Part shown: piece by piece, positions 55,389 through 64,000 of the stretch
How positions within the stretch are numbered: position 1 is the first letter of the stretch
Layout: every line of letters starts with the position of its first letter
Assembly (NCBI GenBank): GCA_963818365.1
Contig: CAWFRT010000005.1
Span: forward strand, 4,920 to 68,919
DNA: 64,000 nucleotides
Source: an uncultured Actinomycetota bacterium
Lineage (GTDB): Bacteria > Actinomycetota > Actinomycetes > Propionibacteriales > Nocardioidaceae
Direction: 5' to 3'
Program-made: the position numbers and the translations under genes
Notes under the pieces: model-generated
Database searches by the model: none
Seen by the model: only the letters and a program-made list of their open reading frames with translations
What the model was told of the DNA's origin: nothing

Positions 55389-55973
55389 CTACCCTTTCTC
55401 CTCCACGAGTTCAACGAGCGCTCTTTCGAGCCCGGCATGCCCGGTGTCGACGATTGTCAATGGCAGACCGATCCGCTCAGCCGCTTCGTGGGCCAGTCTG
55501 GTCAATTCCTCATCAGGCTCTTGGGCCAGCCAGACCACGCGCGTATAGGACTTGAAATAGTCGTCGCGAAGCTCGGGATAGCGATCGAGACCCAACTCGC
55601 GGATCACGGTTCGGTGAAAGGACTTCACCAAGAAGTCGGTGAACACATAGGTGCCCGGCTGATCCTCGAAGAACTTCGCCAACCTTTCCGGGCCGGTGTA
55701 CACGTCATAGCAGTGCAATCCCGGCAACCGCTCGACCCCCAACTCGCCACACAACTCGTCGAGGGCGCCATACGTGCCGCAGTCGGCATACCCAATCAGG
55801 ACACGTTGGTGCGAGGCCAACAAGGGTGCCGCCACCTCTCGCACAGCGTCGGCAATGAGGTGCGGTTGGTTGTGGAGCAACGGCGGCAAGGGGTGTACGT
55901 CGAGTGCCCACCCCCGCCGTTCGGCGATCGTGGCGGCCGGCTGGGCCAGCGCCCCACACGCGATCAGAGCCAC
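55389..55973 (-). CDS. DUF1638-family protein
   Basis: LIACGAL, LHN, GYADCGT, HCY, TDFL, YTRVVWLAQ; start approximate. Confidence 0.8.
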   Translation of the reverse strand: MALIACGALAQPAATIAERRGWALDVHPLPPLLHNQPHLIADAVREVAAPLLASHQRVLIGYADCGTYGALDELCGELGVERLPGLHCYDVYTGPERLAKFFEDQPGTYVFTDFLVKSFHRTVIRELGLDRYPELRDDYFKSYTRVVWLAQEPDEELTRLAHEAAERIGLPLTIVDTGHAGLERALVELVEEKG

Positions 55974-56001
55974 CCCACCAGCCCCACGCCCAGATAGTCC
56001 G

Positions 56002-56046
56002 CCGAGAAAATCATGGTTTTCGAGTCCAAAACCATGATTTTCTCGG
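56002..56046. repeat. Perfect 45-bp palindrome (19-bp arms)
   Basis: CCGAGAAAATCATGGTTTT-CGAGTCC-AAAACCATGATTTTCTCGG. Confidence 0.88.
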
Positions 56047-56067
56047 TGGACTATCTGAGGGTGGGGG

Positions 56068-57996
56068 TTAGAAGGAGAGTTGGTCGACGAACTTGTCGTT
56101 GAAGTCTGCGCGATCGGAGAGTTCGACATACTTCACCTCCTCTAACAACGCCTCGGCGCCCGCGCGTTCGCGCAGGGACAGCAGGGCCATCTTCGCCCCC
56201 TCGCCGGCCACGTTGCCAGCCGAGACGATCCGCAGCACTGGCAGCTTGGGGACGAGGCCGATCCGGATCGCGGAGGCGGCGGAGAGATAGGAGCCAAACG
56301 AGCCAGCTAGCAGCACCTGTTGTACGTCGGAGTGCTCGAGACCAAGCTCTTCCAGCAGCAGTGTCCAGCCTGTCGAGATCGCCGCCTTCGCAAACTGCAA
56401 CTCGCGGACATCGCGCTGGGAGAGGTAGACACAGTCCTCAATAGGCGCGTCGGAAGTGGGGCGATGGAGGATGAAGACTCGTTCCTCACCGATCTTGGTG
56501 AAACGATCGGCCAGACCTGGGACAGCCTCGACGGCCGCGTCCTCGGTGATGAAACGGCCAGTGCTATCGAGCAAGCCCACCTTGACCAACTCAGCCACTG
56601 CATCCACGAGCCCTGAGCCGCACAGACCGCGCGGCTCGACATCGCCGATCACACCGAGCGTCACCGAATCGGGACCAATCTTGATGACCTCGATCGCGCC
56701 GTCAGCGGCCCGCATTCCACATCGGATGGCACCGCCCTCGAAGGCCGGACCGGCAGGGGCCGCTGTCGACAACAGGGTGTCGCCATTGCTTAGCACGATC
56801 TCGCAGTTGGTGCCGACGTCGATGAACAATCGGCAGCGCTTATCGCGGTCCATGCCGCTGGCCAGGATGCCAGCCACGATGTCGCCACCGACATAAGCGC
56901 CGAGCGAGGGAAAGAGCGCCACGCGTGCGCGCGGATGAATGGCTAACCCAATGTCGGTCGCCAGCAGGGTCGGGAAGGTGGCCGTGGTCATGATGAACGG
57001 CGCCACCCCTAGCGGCTCCGGGTCGATGCCGAGCAGCAGGGCGGTCATGGTGGCGTTGCCAGCGATCGCCACCTCGTAAACATGGGCCGGGTCGACGGAG
57101 CCTTCGACGCACACCTCGCTTGCCAACTCGGCAAGGGTGGCTGAGGCGGCCTCCTGGAGTGCCGGCAGCGCAGCCGGATCCATCATCGTCGCGCTGATCC
57201 GGGTGATGACGTCCCCGCCGAACGGCTGCTGCTTGTTGAGCATCGACGACACCGCCACCGGCGTGCCGGTCTCGAGATCGAGCAGAGTGGCGACCACAGT
57301 GGTGGTGCCGAGGTCGAAGGCGATGCCGTAGCGGATTGAGGAAGTGTCGCCGGGTTCGACATCGATCAGCTCTTCGTCGACGATCACTGCCGTGATCTTG
57401 AAGTCACCTTCGCGGAGTACGCCGGGGAGCCGCCGCAACACGTGGAGGTCAGCGGTCAACTCAAGGTCATCGATTGCCGCCAGGACGCGGGCCAAGTCGG
57501 TCCGTTGGTCAGCAAGCGACGGATCAGCCAACTCGACGTACCGCTTCTGGACTGCCGGTCGCAGGATCACCTGGCGACCAACACCGACTGTGGCGGCCTT
57601 CGGTCGCGTCATCAGCGGGGGAACTTCGACGGTGAGATTCTCGGTAGCTTTGACGAGGCACGCCAACCGCCAACCCTCGCCGAGCTCGGCTTCGGAGAAG
57701 GTACGCCGGTCGTGGGTGGTGATGGGGGTCGGAGTGTCGACCCGGATCTTGCACTTGCGGCAGGTGCCATGTCCGCCGCACGTGGAGTCGATGGCGATGC
57801 CGTTCCACGAGGCAGAGTCGAAGACCGTGACCCCTGGTGGCACCCGGATCGTCTTGGGGGTGACGTTGCCGGAGGTGTCGCGAACGCTGAAAGCCAACTC
57901 GACGCGACCCGTGCCGTCATGGGAAGTCACGGGTGGCGCGGTGGGGGCGATTAAGCCCTCACGGCGTACGTCTTGAAGTGGGTCGTTGTCACGCAC
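56068..57996 (-). CDS. ASKHA-domain reductive activator of corrinoid proteins (RACo/RamA-like) with N-terminal 2Fe-2S domain
   Basis: CGGHGTCRKC...RLAC, FDLGTTT, GGDVITRI, DVGTNCE, GPAFEG, GLCGSG, LAGSFG. Confidence 0.93.
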   Translation of the reverse strand: MRDNDPLQDVRREGLIAPTAPPVTSHDGTGRVELAFSVRDTSGNVTPKTIRVPPGVTVFDSASWNGIAIDSTCGGHGTCRKCKIRVDTPTPITTHDRRTFSEAELGEGWRLACLVKATENLTVEVPPLMTRPKAATVGVGRQVILRPAVQKRYVELADPSLADQRTDLARVLAAIDDLELTADLHVLRRLPGVLREGDFKITAVIVDEELIDVEPGDTSSIRYGIAFDLGTTTVVATLLDLETGTPVAVSSMLNKQQPFGGDVITRISATMMDPAALPALQEAASATLAELASEVCVEGSVDPAHVYEVAIAGNATMTALLLGIDPEPLGVAPFIMTTATFPTLLATDIGLAIHPRARVALFPSLGAYVGGDIVAGILASGMDRDKRCRLFIDVGTNCEIVLSNGDTLLSTAAPAGPAFEGGAIRCGMRAADGAIEVIKIGPDSVTLGVIGDVEPRGLCGSGLVDAVAELVKVGLLDSTGRFITEDAAVEAVPGLADRFTKIGEERVFILHRPTSDAPIEDCVYLSQRDVRELQFAKAAISTGWTLLLEELGLEHSDVQQVLLAGSFGSYLSAASAIRIGLVPKLPVLRIVSAGNVAGEGAKMALLSLRERAGAEALLEEVKYVELSDRADFNDKFVDQLSF

Positions 57997-57999
57997 GGT

Positions 58000-58036
58000 G
58001 GTTTCGAGACGCTCGCTGCGCTCGCTCCTCAACCAA
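58000..58036 (+). repeat. REP-like element
   Basis: Same sequence as the 1425-1460 copy. Confidence 0.85.
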
Positions 58037-58942
58037 CATTCGCGGCGGCTGCCTCGGCGGCGGCCTTCTCGGCAGCGGCCTTGGCCACCCGAGATCGGGC
58101 GATCCAGGAGGAGCCCCACTCGTCGTGCTGCAAGAACAGATCAGCAGCCTTGACCGCGTCGATGACCGATGTGGTGCGGGCATCCATGATGGCGCTAGTG
58201 AGCCCGGCCATCATCGCCATCGCCAAGAAGGTGCCGTTGAGTGCGTGCCGGTTGGGCATTCCAAAGCTCACGTTGGAGGCGCCACAAGTCATGTTGAAAC
58301 CATAGAGATCGCGGATCTGACGCATCGTTTCGAAGCCAGCAATACCCGACTCAGGAGCTGCGCCGATCGGCATAGCCAACGGATCGACCACGATGTCGGA
58401 CATCGCGATGCCATATTCGGCGGTGGCGATCTCCACGAACCGGGCTAGGTGGAACATCCGGCCCTCGGGCTCCATCGGGATCTCTTCTGGCCCATGGGGC
58501 AACACGATGACGGCGGCATCATGCTTCTTCACCAGCGGCAGGATGATCTCCATCCGGTCGTCTTCGACGGTGATGGAGTTGACCAGTGCGCGACCTTTGT
58601 AGGCCGCCAACCCAGCCTCCAGTGCCTCGACCACGGAGGAGTCGATGCAGATCGGTAGATCGGTGAGGCTCTGCACCATGGTGATCGCCTTGGCGAGGAC
58701 TTCGGGCTCGTCAAGCAGCGGCACGCCCATGTTGACGTCGAGGATGTCGGCGCCGGCCTCGACCTGCGACTTCACATCACGCTCGATCGCCGACATGTCA
58801 CCGGCACGCAACTGCTCCTGGAAAATCCGACGACCGGTCGGGTTGATCCGCTCCCCGATCAGGCAGAACGGGCGGCCGTGGCCAATGACAACTTCGCGGG
58901 TTGCTGACCGGATGACGGTCTCTTGCAACTCAGCCGTCCCCA

Positions 58943-58946
<4 letters not shown>
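58029..58946 (-). CDS. Pterin-binding methyltransferase (MeTr/methionine synthase folate domain)
   Basis: IGERINPTG, DVNMG, CIDSS, VNSI, DPL, GASNVSFG. Confidence 0.92.
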
Positions 58947-59631
<685 letters not shown>

Positions 59632-59635
<4 letters not shown>

Positions 59636-60459
59636 GCGGCACCCTCCTTGCTAGTGCGAACCTTTGATGTGGGGCGCGCGAGCAGCGCGGTCAGCCGCTC
59701 GGCTTGCTCGACCAGATAGCGGCCGAACGTCTCTTGGCCATCGCCCAATCTTCCGTCACCCAGACGGCCGTCGCCGAGACGGGTGGTGGGACCCGAGATG
59801 CCGAGGGCGGCGATGGTTTCGCCTCGGCTGTTGCGGACCGGGGCCGCGATGCCCGTCAGTCCGACTTCTAGTTCGTTGACAGTGATGGCAAATCCTTGAC
59901 GGCGTACGACGCCCAGTTGGCTCAGCAGTTCGCGACTGGTGGCGACGGTGAATTCGGTCAGCTGCTCCAGTTTGCCGGTGGGCATCGGGAGCACGTCGTA
60001 GGCGTAGAGCACCTTGCCGAGCGAGGAGGTGTGAGCCGGGACTTCGAGCTGGGTCCAGTCGCGGGTGCCGAGGAGATAACGCGCATCCACCTGAGCGACG
60101 TGGATGACGCGTTCGCCGCGGGCGACACCGAGGTTGACGGTTTCGCCGGTTTTGTCACCGATCGCTTCCAGAATGGGCAGAGCCAGCCGGGCCAACTCTT
60201 CCCACGGGTCGTGGCGAGCGGCGTACTGCCAAAAAAGTGGGCCGGCGACATAGCCGCCGTCATCGGTGCGTTCGACGAGCTCGGTGCGCTCCAGTGCGGT
60301 CAACAATCGGGAGGTCGTGGACTTGGGCAGCCCGCACTCATCGGCCAATTCGGCAAAAGCAACAGGGTCATCGGAACGAACGACGGTCGCGATCAGCATG
60401 GCAGCGCGATCAACGGCCTGGGTGCCTGTCCCCTGCCCAGCGAGTCCGTGCTCTGTCAT
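59632..60459 (-). CDS. IclR-family regulator
   Basis: QAVDRA, GLPKSTTSRLL, GETVNL, SSLGK, ALGISGP. Confidence 0.93.
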
Positions 60460-60478
60460 ACGACAATTCCACCACAAA

Positions 60479-60516
60479 GTTCCACAATATGGAACTTGTA
60501 TTCCACATCATGGTTC
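60479..60516. promoter_or_regulatory. Probable IclR operator(s)
   Basis: GTTCCA-CAATA-TGGAAC (60479-60495) and weaker ATTCCACATCATGGTTC (60500-60516) between divergent genes. Confidence 0.6.
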
Positions 60517-60555
60517 TGGCGGGCCACCGCCTGGGTCAGTGCTCGGGCTGGCACG

Positions 60556-61647
60556 ATGAGCAATGTGACCAGCGACCAAAGCCAGATCGTGCCGGTGCCG
60601 ACCAGCGATGCCATGCGTGCCGCCGCCCAGGCTTTCGTCGAGTGCCTCACTCGCGAGCAGCGCGCCATCGCCTGCCAACCTTTTGCCGATCACGTCGGGC
60701 GGATGGATTGGTCCTATTACCCGCGCCGATTTCCGGGGGTTTCGCTCGCCGACTTGAACCACCGCCAGCGCAAGGCCGCCCAGGTGTTGTTGCGCTCGGG
60801 CCTTAGCGCGTCGGCGTACGCCCGAGCCCGCCAGGTGATGGCGGCCGAGGACATTCTGGATGATCTGGAGGGGCGCAGCGCGACCGCGCATCGGGACGCT
60901 GACCTTTACTCCGTGACGGTTTTCATCAGCGGCGACCTGTTCTTTGAGCCGATCCGTGGTTGGCGGATTGAGGGTCACCACTTGTCGGTGAACTACACCT
61001 TCGATGATGCCGAGGCAGCTAGCACCGGGATCGCGGCCGCCACCCCGCTCTTCATGGGCAGCAATCCAGCCCGGATCACCCACGATGGCTTTGACATCTA
61101 TCGACCGTTTGGTGATGCCGAGGACTTGGGGCGCGACCTGCTGGAGTCACTCAGTCCGGCTGCGCGCGAGGTGGCCGTCATTCGTGCGGAGGCACCGGCC
61201 GACGTCGTACTCGCAAATTTGCCCCTGGTGGGAGATTCTCTGCCAGCGCTCGAGCTGCCGATCTTGCGGTGGTCTCTCGCCAATGGAGCCGACCGAGCAG
61301 CCTTCGAGGAGGTTCGCTTCACCAAGGAGCGACCACTTGGGATTGCCTACGCCGACCTCGAAAGCTCGGCGCGGCGCAAGATCGCCAAGTTGGTGGGTCA
61401 CTACGTCGGTCGTTTTCCGCCCGAGGCCCAATGGCCGGGCATGGGTTATCTGGAGGACCTGTGGTTCGCGTGGGCAGGGTCGCCTCAGGTGGGCGCGCCG
61501 CACTATTACCGTCTGCAAAGCCCAACACTGGTGGTGGAGTTCGACAACGTCCAGAACGGCGCTAATCACGTCCACACCGTCGTACGCCATCCCGACAACG
61601 ACTTTGCTGTCGCCACGCTTGGTCTGCATCACCTGCAACAGCACTGA
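60556..61647 (+). CDS. DUF3500-family protein
   Basis: WSYYP, RIEGHHLSVN, TPLFMG, HYYRLQSP, EFDN, NHVHTVVR. Confidence 0.85.
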   Translation: MSNVTSDQSQIVPVPTSDAMRAAAQAFVECLTREQRAIACQPFADHVGRMDWSYYPRRFPGVSLADLNHRQRKAAQVLLRSGLSASAYARARQVMAAEDILDDLEGRSATAHRDADLYSVTVFISGDLFFEPIRGWRIEGHHLSVNYTFDDAEAASTGIAAATPLFMGSNPARITHDGFDIYRPFGDAEDLGRDLLESLSPAAREVAVIRAEAPADVVLANLPLVGDSLPALELPILRWSLANGADRAAFEEVRFTKERPLGIAYADLESSARRKIAKLVGHYVGRFPPEAQWPGMGYLEDLWFAWAGSPQVGAPHYYRLQSPTLVVEFDNVQNGANHVHTVVRHPDNDFAVATLGLHHLQQH

Positions 61648-61934
61648 CCTCCCTCTCAACCGAACCCTGCGCCCGGCGTGTTGCGTATCCATTCGGAGGG
61701 AGGCCCAACTCGTCGAAATCCGGGGACACCAGGTCGATTGTTATCGGTGCAGCCAACCTGGCTGAAGTGATCGGCAAGCTCACCGATCAGGGAGTCGACC
61801 CGACGCTGGCCGGAGCCTTGCCCTCCATCGAGGGGGCCTGATGCCTCCGACAGCTTGCGAACCGATCGGCCGAGTCGCGCCGTACCCCTCATAAGAGCAC
61901 TCGATAAGCGGGTGTCGACGAGGGGAAAAGCATC

Positions 61935-63851
61935 ATGAAGTTTCAACACAGTACGACGGCGCTGGGAGTGGCCGCCTTGTTTGCAAGCGGGCTCGTGGTC
62001 GGCATGCCGACCGCAAGCCACGCGCTAGTTCCCACCACCGTGATCAACACCAACGACTCAGGGGTGGGGTCGTTTCGCCAGGCAATCCTGGACGCGAACA
62101 ACCCAGCACTGGCTTTCGACGAGATCTTTTTCGACATTCCCGGCGGCGGGCGTCAGGTCATCGCTCCGCTGACCGATCTGCCTGACATTACGGCGCCGGT
62201 CACGATCGATGGCTACACCCAGCCCGACGCCAGTCCCGCCACCAACCAGAACGACGCCGCGATCATGCTCGTGCTGGACGCGGCCTTGATGAGTGAAGGT
62301 CTGCAGATCACCACCGATGACACAACCGTGCGTGGGCTGGCCATTCGAGATGCCGTCAACGGCCTCTCGGGCGCCGGTGACGGGATCAAGATTGATGGTG
62401 ACAACAACACCATTGTTGGCAACTACCTCGGCATCCAAGCGGTCGGCGTAAACCCTGCAGGAAACGAAGGCCGAGGCGTCTTCGTCGAGGGTGACGGCAA
62501 TGCTATTGGGGGTACGACGCCAGCAGATCGCAACGTGATCTCCGCCAATGGTGAAGAGGGTGTGACGCTGCTGGGCGACGCCAACACGGTGTCTGGCAAC
62601 TACATCGGCACCGACGATTTGGGTGCCCTGGACGTCGGCAATGACGGCGACGGCGTCGACGTCGTCGGCCTGGACAACGTGGTGGGTGGGCCGACGGCGG
62701 GGGCCGGCAACGTCATCTCTGGCAACGCGCAAAACGGTGTCCGAGTTGACTCCGATAGCACTGGCACCGCGGTCCGACGCAACTCCATCGGCGTGGACGC
62801 AAGCGGCACTTTTGCGGTCGGCAACACTCTGGACGGGGTGGAAGCCGATGGCGCTGACACGGTGGTGGTGCACAACGTCATCTCGGCCAACCGAATCGGC
62901 GTTGTGGGCAATGCCAATGACGTGCGGGTGCTTGAGAATCAGATCGGCACCGATGCTGCTGGTGTGGTTGCGCTGGGGAACACCGCTGGAGGGGTCGACC
63001 TTGGTGGCGAAGATGTCGTGGTCGGCAGCCCGGGTCAGGGCAACCTTGTGTCCGGCAATCTTGGAGCCGGCATTGAACTCGGTGGCGCGGATCGAGCCGT
63101 GGTTCAGGGCAACCTGGTCGGGACTGACATTTCGGGATTGCTGCCACTCGGCAACGGTGCCGAAGGTATCGACCTCAGCGGCGCGGACGCGCTCGTCGGT
63201 GGGTCAGCAGCCGGCGCCGGCAACGTGGTGGGCGGCAACGGTGGTCCAGGGATCGCTTCCGGAAGCCCCAACGCCGTGATCCGCAAGAACGTCGTTGGTG
63301 GGGTTGGCATCGGCAATGCGGGGACCGGGATCATCGTCACGGATGGTCCGTCGCTGACCGTCAACAACACGGTGACCCGCAACGGCCAGGGTGGCATCCA
63401 CGTCCTCGGTCAGGATGAGCAGACGTTGTCCCGCAACCAGGTCTTCCTCAACGCTGGCCTAGGCATTGACCTGGAGGGTGACGGCTTGGTCGAGGTCAAC
63501 GACGCCGGCGACGTCGACAACGGTGCCAACGACCTGATGAACTTCCCGATCGTCAACACAGCGACCGTGGTGGCTGGCGGTACGTCTGTGACCTGGCAGA
63601 TGGTTGCCGGCTTGCCGAACACCGCCTTCACCGTGGAGTTCTTCGCCAGCACTGCCTGCAACCCGGGAGCGCCCAATGGCGAAGGCCAGCGGTTCTTGGG
63701 GTCACTGGTGGCCAACACCAACGGGGCAGGAAATGGTTCAGGCGCCGGGGTTGTGGGTGCGGCTGCGGTCGGGGAGGTCGTCACCGCGACGGCGACCGAT
63801 GTCGTCGACGGCTCGACATCGGAGTTCTCGGTCTGTACGCCGGTGGTGTAG
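61935..63851 (+). CDS. Secreted right-handed parallel beta-helix protein
   Basis: Signal peptide, NTNDSGVGSFRQAI, repeated GNYIGTD/NVISGN, NDAGDVDNGAN, TSEFS. Confidence 0.88.
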   Translation: MKFQHSTTALGVAALFASGLVVGMPTASHALVPTTVINTNDSGVGSFRQAILDANNPALAFDEIFFDIPGGGRQVIAPLTDLPDITAPVTIDGYTQPDASPATNQNDAAIMLVLDAALMSEGLQITTDDTTVRGLAIRDAVNGLSGAGDGIKIDGDNNTIVGNYLGIQAVGVNPAGNEGRGVFVEGDGNAIGGTTPADRNVISANGEEGVTLLGDANTVSGNYIGTDDLGALDVGNDGDGVDVVGLDNVVGGPTAGAGNVISGNAQNGVRVDSDSTGTAVRRNSIGVDASGTFAVGNTLDGVEADGADTVVVHNVISANRIGVVGNANDVRVLENQIGTDAAGVVALGNTAGGVDLGGEDVVVGSPGQGNLVSGNLGAGIELGGADRAVVQGNLVGTDISGLLPLGNGAEGIDLSGADALVGGSAAGAGNVVGGNGGPGIASGSPNAVIRKNVVGGVGIGNAGTGIIVTDGPSLTVNNTVTRNGQGGIHVLGQDEQTLSRNQVFLNAGLGIDLEGDGLVEVNDAGDVDNGANDLMNFPIVNTATVVAGGTSVTWQMVAGLPNTAFTVEFFASTACNPGAPNGEGQRFLGSLVANTNGAGNGSGAGVVGAAAVGEVVTATATDVVDGSTSEFSVCTPVV

Positions 63852-64000
63852 CCAGCCTGCTAAGGGTGGGTGGGCCGGACCGCTGTGGTGTGAGCGTGAA
63901 AAACGCGTTGCACCGTGGCGGTCCGGTCGCCATGCTGGTTGGATCGGCCGTTGCCAGCCAGCGCCGTTCGTCAGCAGATTGCCACCCAAGACAGGGGCTG

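Noticed and set aside
59896-60555. 583-aa ORF start for DUF3500 and other long antisense ORFs (e.g. 3784-4881, 6116-7117, 13893-14909, 37922-39124)
   Set aside because: They overlap well-supported genes on the opposite strand and lack motifs; expected in GC-rich DNA

Overview
High-GC actinobacterial DNA; gene content and repeats suggest Nocardioidaceae (inference). Three zones. (1) 1-16.3 kb is mostly core genome: OsmC/MarR, SURF1, patatin, acyltransferase, ppiA, rhomboid, then crgA-DUF881-pknB-pbpA-rodA-pstP-fhaB-fhaA and tRNA-Leu(CAG). pstP is frameshifted at a 4-bp duplication, and pknA and trpG/pabA are absent. (2) About 21.6-49.6 kb is an accessory metabolic locus with four divergent promoter regions that all carry variants of one AT-rich palindrome, GTTTACTATAGTAAAC. 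It combines cbtBA-larBEC (no larA), a set resembling bacterial coenzyme M biosynthesis (ComA, two atypical aspartase/fumarase-family lyases, a PLP desulfhydrase-family enzyme), Nit1C/MSMEG_0565-0572-type genes in which a cobalt nitrile hydratase sits where the nitrilase normally is, and a dispersed FdrA/DUF1116/DUF2877/carbamate kinase set. This composite is the best candidate for an undescribed system. (3) 49.8-64 kb holds a large BTAD-ATPase regulator, a corrinoid/folate methyl-transfer module, DUF3500 and a secreted beta-helix protein. Several repeat families are superimposed: REP-like hairpins, paired inverted 21-bp arrays, and ~40-bp palindromes flanking an AbiEi/DUF559-like gene. All family calls come from motif recognition by eye; no database search was run, and start codons are best estimates.
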